A model generated the notes under the pieces. That model was not told the origin of the DNA. It worked only from the letters and a program-made list of their open reading frames with translations, and ran no database searches. A program made the translations under genes and the position numbers. From the IMG/VR virus record IMGVR_UViG_3300029548_000183: DNA of 64,000 bases; one strand, written 5' to 3'. Of this stretch, positions 57,312 to 64,000 are shown piece by piece; the stretch's first letter is position 1; each line of letters starts with the position of its first letter. The stretch is from a virus. Lineage: Duplodnaviria; Heunggongvirae; Uroviricota; Caudoviricetes.

Positions 57312-58328
57312 TTATGTATTATTTAAGTTTTTTTGCTTTTTTTCAAGTTCTTTTATAGTGTATTCCAATTCTCTTTTTTCTTTTATTAAGACATCAACCT
57401 TTTTTATTAATTTATTCTTTTCTCTTTTTGTGTTTCTAAGTCTATTTTTAAGAGTATGAATTTCTGCATTTTTTCTTTTTAACTCTTCATAATCAAAGGG
57501 AATTTGTCTGAGTCCAAAATAATTTCGCACATCCTTTTCTATTACTTTAAAACCACCATTGTATAATTTCTTTTCCATTGTTTTTATAATGTCTGACTTT
57601 TGATCAGTGTCGATAAAGAGAGACTTTATTAAATAAAAAGCAATGTAATCAGCAAGTTCAATACCTGCATTCTCTGTATGCTTTGAAATGGTTACAAAAC
57701 TTCGAATTCTTTTTCTAATTTCTAAATTATTTATGTTTAAAATTCCTTTGTTGTTAATTAAAGTTTTACAGTAATTGTGATACATCTTTATGTCAGCAGA
57801 ATTAATTGTTCTATGTTCATCTCGTGATTCATATACAATATCTCCAATTGCATTTTGATTTTTTAAAAAATGTGCATAATTCTCAATGATGTTTTGTATT
57901 GCAATATTATATATATCATCTTTTTGTTCTTTTGAATAATACTCTTTATATTTATTTATGTCTATGATACATCCCAAAATAGTAATATCAAGAGTACTAA
58001 TGGTTTTTCTTATTTGCTCTGTAACACCATCAATTTTATCTTTTATTAAATTTGGTTCAATTGATTGAAAAAATTTATATTCATTTCTTTTTATGTAACT
58101 ATAAAGTAACTTATTTTTTCTATTATTTTTAATTGTTGCTAATTCAGTACAATGCAATATGGTGTCATGAGAATTAATGTAATTTTCAGTCCATAATATA
58201 GTTTTGGCTTTATGTATTTGCTCTTTTAAAAAGTCAATGTCCTTTTCTCTTATTGCAAAACCAGCAACAAGAATTATTTGTTTTTCAGTGTTTATGCTTT
58301 CATCAAGATAAAGTTTGTATTCTTTCAA
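57312..58328 (-). CDS. DUF3800-like protein with C-terminal coiled coil (TTG start)
   Basis: RBS AAAGGAGG 6 nt before TTG. N-terminus KEYKLYLDESINTEKQIILVAGFAI matches the DUF3800 start. Confidence 0.45.
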   Translation of the reverse strand: MKEYKLYLDESINTEKQIILVAGFAIREKDIDFLKEQIHKAKTILWTENYINSHDTILHCTELATIKNNRKNKLLYSYIKRNEYKFFQSIEPNLIKDKIDGVTEQIRKTISTLDITILGCIIDINKYKEYYSKEQKDDIYNIAIQNIIENYAHFLKNQNAIGDIVYESRDEHRTINSADIKMYHNYCKTLINNKGILNINNLEIRKRIRSFVTISKHTENAGIELADYIAFYLIKSLFIDTDQKSDIIKTMEKKLYNGGFKVIEKDVRNYFGLRQIPFDYEELKRKNAEIHTLKNRLRNTKREKNKLIKKVDVLIKEKRELEYTIKELEKKQKNLNNT

Positions 58329-58549
58329 AATATTCCTCCTTTGCACTAAAAACATTATAGCATAATCTATCTGATATTTGTAAAAGAGGTTAAAACAAAT
58401 AAAATTAAAAAATTTATGTAAAATAATTAAAATTACAGTATGCAAATTTGTGGTTATAAAATTTTCTGGTATAATATGATTATAAAAAAAGAAAATAACT
58501 TAGTAATTGAGGTATAAAAAATTTAAAAAAGAAAAAGGAGAGAAAAAGA

Positions 58550-59641
58550 ATGAAGAAAACAATTAAGAAGGGATTAATTCTTGCAATGGCAGGAATCATA
58601 GCAATTATGCCTGTGACCGTAAATGCATGGAGTTGGGACAATGAAGATGACAACTTGTATAGTGGAGCATCACAACTTGTTGCGCCAAAGGACATCAAAT
58701 ACAAAAAACCAAAGGCTGTAAGTTCTCTTACAAATCCAACAGAACTTAAAGTATATCGTTCAACGGAAGCTGCATTAATATCATGGCAGAAAGTTGAAAA
58801 TGCAGATTACTATATGATATATCGAAAACAGGGAAAGTCAAAATGGTTGTATCTTGGAAAAACATATGAAAAGGACTTTTACGCATCTACATACTATGAT
58901 AATGTTAGAGAGTTTGTAGACATTAGATATAAAAACAGCAAAAAAAAGTCAAGTGTCAATTACAAGAAAAAAGCTTATAATTATAAGAAGAAATACACAT
59001 ACAAGATTGTTGCAGTAAACAGAAATGTAAAGAGTACAGGAGCAACTTGCACAAGTAAGAAGTGGAAAATGAAAAAAGCTGAATTATCTTACTACACACT
59101 ATATCTCGTAAACAAGGAAAGAAAAAAGAAAGGTAAAGAATTTTATACTTGGGGACATTCTTATGAAAAAGGAAGTCTTACAAGAGCAAAGGATTTAGTT
59201 ACCCAAACAAAGAAATCAAGAGACAAATGGCACAGCAGGCCTAATGGCTATGGTTGGAGTCATGCATTTCTATACATGGAAAATCTAACAATGAAGGATC
59301 CAATTACAGGAAAGAAAGGCTATGCCTGTCCTGTAACTGAAGATGTTGGCTATACTAGTGGAGGAACTGAAGATGTTTTTGAAGCATACTGTAACAGTAA
59401 GGGACATTATGGACCATTAATGTTTAATGCTGATGAACCGGGAGCAGACATTGATGTTGAAGTTTTTTATAATGGAGTTAATGTTGTCATACCTAAAAAT
59501 TATGTTGTAAGAAGTGGTTTATCATTATCATCTGCAACATATTCAAGCAACATACTTAAAAGTACAGTATATCATGAACTCGTAATTGGCGATGAGGATC
59601 ATATCATAAAGAAAAATCAAAAGTGGAAATGGGGAGAATAA
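58550..59641 (+). CDS. secreted protein with Fn3-like segment
   Basis: Signal peptide ..MPVTVNAWS; RBS AAAAGGAGAG. Confidence 0.5.
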   Translation: MKKTIKKGLILAMAGIIAIMPVTVNAWSWDNEDDNLYSGASQLVAPKDIKYKKPKAVSSLTNPTELKVYRSTEAALISWQKVENADYYMIYRKQGKSKWLYLGKTYEKDFYASTYYDNVREFVDIRYKNSKKKSSVNYKKKAYNYKKKYTYKIVAVNRNVKSTGATCTSKKWKMKKAELSYYTLYLVNKERKKKGKEFYTWGHSYEKGSLTRAKDLVTQTKKSRDKWHSRPNGYGWSHAFLYMENLTMKDPITGKKGYACPVTEDVGYTSGGTEDVFEAYCNSKGHYGPLMFNADEPGADIDVEVFYNGVNVVIPKNYVVRSGLSLSSATYSSNILKSTVYHELVIGDEDHIIKKNQKWKWGE

Positions 59642-59674
59642 AAAAATATAAAATGTAATTAATCATAAGAAATT

Positions 59675-59706
59675 AGAGAATCCAAAGTTGGGTTCTCTTT
59701 TTTTGC
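59675..59706 (+). terminator. intrinsic terminator
   Basis: GAGAATCCAAAGTTGGGTTCTC followed by TTTTTTT. Confidence 0.55.
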
Positions 59707-59786
59707 CCTTTTTTCCTGTAAAAAATTTCAAAAGGAGCAAGCAGCCATATTAGTGATGGAACTAAATAGAAAGGAGAGATTTTGTT

Positions 59787-62700
59787 ATGAGATTAAAGAA
59801 ATTAAAACAAAATTGCAAGAAAATCTTATCTTGCACCTTGGCCATAGCCTTAATGGCCTCCAGTTTCGTTGGAGTTTCATCTCCACTAACAGTCAATGCA
59901 AAATTTCCATCCAATAAGACAAACAAGTCAGCAACACTTACACATTCAGACCATGTATTTGTAAATAATTTGTCTTATTTGGGAACAAATTGCATTGAAA
60001 GAATTACCTTGACCAGTGGAAAGGACAGTGTAGCTGCCTTTTGTCTGGCTCCCGGTAAGCCACTTAATAATAATTCAACTTATAAATCAAGTGAATTAAA
60101 AGCCGGCTATGCAGAAAAGTACTATAAGGCTGCTCTTGCGTTCTATTACAAGGATGGACACAACAAGGGTGATGACAAATTTGCATACAGAGCTACAACA
60201 CAGTTACTCATATGGAGAATTGCAAAATACAAGGAATCAACAAAAAAGGATTTTAAGGCAAGTGACCTTAAAACAAAAAGTTTAAAGACTACTGTTGTTA
60301 ATACCTTGAATGCAATGAAAAACAAGGGAACCATTGAATTTGCAAAAGGAAAGAGTGCAAGTGATTACTATGATGCTGCTGTTAAGACAATCTTTACTGA
60401 GGGTGAATCAAAGACATATAACAATGATGTTTCATATGTTAAATGGTCAGACGGACAGGGACAGATTGTACTTTCAGGTAAATATGCTCCAGTTGAAGAT
60501 GTCTATGTTAATTTAAAAATTAACAAAAGAGGTGTGGATGCGAATGGTAACACTGTAAAGAATGCCAACCTTGCAGGTGTAGAATATTATGTTTACTCGG
60601 ACGTTAAATGTTCAACAAGAGAAAAGGACAAGGATGGTAATAAACTTTCAATTAAGTTAAATGCCAATGGAGAAGGTACAAGCTCATACATGAAACTTGA
60701 AGAAGGTGAAGTAAAAACAGTTTATGTAAAAGAACACTCAAGCACTTCTGGTGTAAACATTAATAATTCAGTAGCTTATCTTGTGATAAGAGCAGATGGT
60801 TTCAAGGATGGATCAAAAAACACGGTTACGGTTCCTACTGCATCAACGGTTGATGATGTGTGGTCAGCAAAGTTAAAGCTGATTAAAAAGGGTGATGATG
60901 ACAAGATAATTCCCGGAGCTGTTTTTGAGGTGTATGAATGGAATGGCTCAAAATACGTAAGCACAGGTGACAAACTTACAACAGGTTCTGATGGTACTGT
61001 AACATCAAAAACTTACTATTACACAAAAACAAATGTAGGTAAGTTCATGGCAAAGGAAGTTTCTGTTCCAAGACCATACATGAATCAGGGGTGGTCACAA
61101 GAGTTTACAATTTCCAAGAAAGATCAGACATTTGAATATACTGTAATCAACAGAGCACCAAAAGCTACAGGAGATGTAACAGTAACAAAAATTGATAAGA
61201 TAACCAGAAAACCAATCAGTATAGACACAAAATTTTACTTATATAAATATGTAAGAGATTATGAATATACTGATGTAACGGGACTTACATACTATGGAAC
61301 TCTTGAAGAAAAAGGTAATGGAATTTACTCACTTGGAAATCTTCCAGAAGGTGAATATTGGGTATCAGAAATTAATTCATCAGGTGGATATAAGTATCTA
61401 GCATATAAGGATCCAGCAGGAACTTTAAAAACAGAAAACATTGATGATGGTTTTAAGTTCACAATCAAGCCGGAGAATGAAAGCAATCATTTTGTTTTTG
61501 AAAAAGAAAATGAACTTATTCCATGTAAGATTACTGTTTTAAAACTTGACAAAGACACAAAGGAAACTCTTGGAGGCTTCACATTTGGACTTTATGAATA
61601 TAATGAAAACAGTGAATCAAAAGATAAGTATGATCTTGTTTCTCTTGGTGAAACAGATGATAAAGGGGAGCTTACATTTGACAATCTTAACATTACACAT
61701 AAGTACAAGGTTAGAGAAATAAGTGCCAAGGAAGGCTATACCATTGAAGATGACAATGAAAAGGAAATTGACATGTTAAGGGATACTGGAGCTGATACAA
61801 CAAAAATTCAGCTTACTGATTGGACTGGTGCAAAGACTGACGACATGATAATTGAAAAATATAAGGCAGTTGCTAACTATAACTACAATGTTAAGGTAAC
61901 TTTTGAAAATGAAAAGGTTAAAAGACCAATTCATATTCATAAAACTTCATCAAACAGAACAGGTAAGGAAACTTACAATGTTGCAGGTGCAAAATTCGAT
62001 GTGTATGATGCATCAAAACTTTCAGAAGAAGACTTAAAGGATTACCTAAACTTTGATTATACAAAGTATGAAGCTGTTGATAGTGTCACAACTGATGAAA
62101 ATGGTAATGCAACAACAAAGGCACTTCCATTTGGAAAATATATTCTTGTTGAAATACAGGCACCAAAAAATATGTTAAAGGCTGATAATCAGGTAATAGA
62201 AATTGATCCTAATATTGGCAAGGCTGATGATTCAACTGGTGTTGAAAATCCATCTGATGATACAAAGGTTGATGCAGACACAAGTGTAGCAGATGACAAC
62301 GGCAAATATGTAAATGTTGATGTTGTTGATGCAGAATTTGAAGCAAGACTAAAAATTGTTAAAAAGGATAAGGTTACAGGTGAAGTTGTAAAACAGGCAG
62401 GAACACAGTTCAAGGTATTTGATAAGGATAACAACAAGTACATAAAACAGACTGTTTATGAAACAAAAAAAGTAAAACATGATGTGGATGATGTCGATGA
62501 AAATGGAAATCCAATTAAAAAGCAGGTAGAAGTTGAAGAAATTGTAAATCAGTATGACACTGATGTATTCACAACAGATGAAAATGGAGTTGCAACACTT
62601 CCTAATGTGCTTGCATGTGGTCATTATGAAATTGAAGAAGTAAAGGCACCTGCAGGATACACATTAAGTAAGGAAAAAATACCATTCATTGTTGATGAAA

Positions 62701-63761
62701 CAGTGGAATATGAAGTTGATGAAACATATCAGGATCCTGTAATTTCAATTAACTTTGCAAATGGCATCATTAAGGCATTGTTTAGTAAGACTGACATTGT
62801 GACAGGTGAACCTGTAATTGGTGCACAGATGGTAGTCCTTACAACTGATGGAAAGGTAATTGATAGATGGACAACAACAAAGGAACCTCATATGATTGAA
62901 AGACTTCCTGTTGGTGAATACATCTTAAAGGAAGAAATTGCTCCTACAGGTGATGGTTATGTTACAGCAGAAGAAGTTAAGTTCACTGTAAATGACATAG
63001 GTGATGCCATCCAGACAGTTGAAATGAAGGATGATTACACAAAAGTACAGATTTCAAAAACTGATATTACTGGAACAAAAGAAATTGAAAATGCAAAACT
63101 TAAGGTTGTAAATGCCAAGGGTGAAGTGGTCAGATCATGGGTTACAAATGGTCAGATAAGTCAGATAGACAGACTTCCTACAGGCAAGTACACATTGATA
63201 GAAGAATCTGCTCCATATGGTTACATTATTGCTGAAAATGTTGAATTTGAAGTAAAGGATACTGGAGAAATTCAGAAAGTAGTAATGAAAGATGACTATG
63301 CCAAGGCTGTAGTGACATTGACAAAGGTTGATTCAAAGACAGGCAAAGGTCTTCCAAATGCAGAATTTACAATCTATGACACACACAATAAGAAGATTGG
63401 AACAATGAAGACTGATAAGAATGGTAAAGCAAAATCATCAAAAATCAATATTCCTGAAACTAAAGATAATGCCCTTGTATTAACGGTTGTTGAAACAAAG
63501 GCACCTACAGGATACAAGAAGAGTTCAAAGAAATATACTGTTGTATTCAAGTATCAGGATGAGAAAACACCTGTCATTACAAAAGACTTAGGCAAAATTA
63601 AGAACACAAAGAAGGAAATTCCAAGCATTCCTGACATTGCAACTCATGTAAAGACCGGAATTCAGGAAAACAAGGTTCCATTTGCAATATTCTTGATTTC
63701 AGCCTGTGGACTTGCAGGTGTGATTGTCATTACAAGAAAGAAAAAGAAAGCAAATAATTAA
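59787..63761 (+). CDS. large surface adhesin with repeated SpaA/CnaB-type (prealbumin-like) domains and C-terminal anchor
   Basis: Signal peptide. At least 6 repeats of the pattern G(A/T).F.(V/L)Y....TDENG.A....LP.G.Y...E..AP.GY. C-terminus ..THVKTG plus a hydrophobic helix plus RKKKKANN, which looks like a sorting signal. Confidence 0.75.
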   Translation: MRLKKLKQNCKKILSCTLAIALMASSFVGVSSPLTVNAKFPSNKTNKSATLTHSDHVFVNNLSYLGTNCIERITLTSGKDSVAAFCLAPGKPLNNNSTYKSSELKAGYAEKYYKAALAFYYKDGHNKGDDKFAYRATTQLLIWRIAKYKESTKKDFKASDLKTKSLKTTVVNTLNAMKNKGTIEFAKGKSASDYYDAAVKTIFTEGESKTYNNDVSYVKWSDGQGQIVLSGKYAPVEDVYVNLKINKRGVDANGNTVKNANLAGVEYYVYSDVKCSTREKDKDGNKLSIKLNANGEGTSSYMKLEEGEVKTVYVKEHSSTSGVNINNSVAYLVIRADGFKDGSKNTVTVPTASTVDDVWSAKLKLIKKGDDDKIIPGAVFEVYEWNGSKYVSTGDKLTTGSDGTVTSKTYYYTKTNVGKFMAKEVSVPRPYMNQGWSQEFTISKKDQTFEYTVINRAPKATGDVTVTKIDKITRKPISIDTKFYLYKYVRDYEYTDVTGLTYYGTLEEKGNGIYSLGNLPEGEYWVSEINSSGGYKYLAYKDPAGTLKTENIDDGFKFTIKPENESNHFVFEKENELIPCKITVLKLDKDTKETLGGFTFGLYEYNENSESKDKYDLVSLGETDDKGELTFDNLNITHKYKVREISAKEGYTIEDDNEKEIDMLRDTGADTTKIQLTDWTGAKTDDMIIEKYKAVANYNYNVKVTFENEKVKRPIHIHKTSSNRTGKETYNVAGAKFDVYDASKLSEEDLKDYLNFDYTKYEAVDSVTTDENGNATTKALPFGKYILVEIQAPKNMLKADNQVIEIDPNIGKADDSTGVENPSDDTKVDADTSVADDNGKYVNVDVVDAEFEARLKIVKKDKVTGEVVKQAGTQFKVFDKDNNKYIKQTVYETKKVKHDVDDVDENGNPIKKQVEVEEIVNQYDTDVFTTDENGVATLPNVLACGHYEIEEVKAPAGYTLSKEKIPFIVDETVEYEVDETYQDPVISINFANGIIKALFSKTDIVTGEPVIGAQMVVLTTDGKVIDRWTTTKEPHMIERLPVGEYILKEEIAPTGDGYVTAEEVKFTVNDIGDAIQTVEMKDDYTKVQISKTDITGTKEIENAKLKVVNAKGEVVRSWVTNGQISQIDRLPTGKYTLIEESAPYGYIIAENVEFEVKDTGEIQKVVMKDDYAKAVVTLTKVDSKTGKGLPNAEFTIYDTHNKKIGTMKTDKNGKAKSSKINIPETKDNALVLTVVETKAPTGYKKSSKKYTVVFKYQDEKTPVITKDLGKIKNTKKEIPSIPDIATHVKTGIQENKVPFAIFLISACGLAGVIVITRKKKKANN

Positions 63762-63927
63762 AGCAAAACAATTGCAAAAAATATTAACAATTAACAATTT
63801 TTGTGAAAAATAAGTAACAAGTAGGTAGGGGACTGCTAAAAAGTAGTCCCTTAAATTAAAAATAAAAGTAACAAAAAACAATAAAGAATAATAAAAAACA
63901 ATAAATTCGAAAAGAAGGTAAATACAA

Positions 63928-64000
63928 ATGAAGGCAATATTACACGAATACGGAATGGCATTGTTTAGCATGATTTGTGTCATATTTTTAATATGCATAG
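63928..64000 (+). CDS. hypothetical membrane protein, 5' part (truncated by window end)
   Basis: RBS AAAGAAGGTAAA before ATG 63928; runs to the window end. Confidence 0.3.
   Translation, partial: MKAILHEYGMALFSMICVIFLICI

Noticed and set aside
63699-63998. Minus-strand 99-aa ORF at the window end
   Set aside because: Antisense to the adhesin C-terminus and to the next + strand gene start; no RBS; hydrophobic low-complexity translation

Overview
AT-rich (~28-30% GC) Firmicutes-type DNA with strong AGGAGG ribosome-binding sites. It reads as a large plasmid or phage-plasmid backbone rather than chromosome. Genes are packed as short, mostly + strand cassettes. Most cassettes are bounded by one conserved intrinsic-terminator family (AGAGTCAC-N4-8-GTGGCTCT plus a T-run) and a conserved promoter-proximal motif (AACCATATTATAAATG).

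Maintenance functions are all present: a Rep_3-type initiator with about 10 long iterons, a type Ib-like ParA plus small RHH protein with two heptad-repeat arrays, a XerC/D-like tyrosine recombinase next to a perfect 20-bp inverted repeat, a Toprim/zinc-finger primase, and a HicAB toxin-antitoxin pair.

The most unusual locus is a Cas12a-family effector (1179 aa). Its WED, REC and crRNA-processing hallmarks look intact, but two RuvC catalytic aspartates and the Nuc arginine appear substituted. It is followed by two mini CRISPR arrays with Cas12a-type, structurally conserved but sequence-degenerate repeats. There are no cas1/cas2/cas4 genes, and a membrane-anchored HNH endonuclease gene sits immediately upstream.

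Other accessory content:
- three orphan DNA methyltransferases;
- three SPFH/flotillin paralogs;
- an infC (IF3) homolog and an elongator-type tRNA(CAU);
- two paralogous ~400-600 nt non-coding regions with covarying hairpin modules;
- a higher-GC IS200/IS605 element (tnpA+tnpB);
- a dUTPase gene remnant;
- a metallophosphoesterase, an LtaS-like protein and a 1324-aa SpaA/CnaB-repeat surface adhesin.

Family assignments are by eye from translated motifs; no database searches were run.
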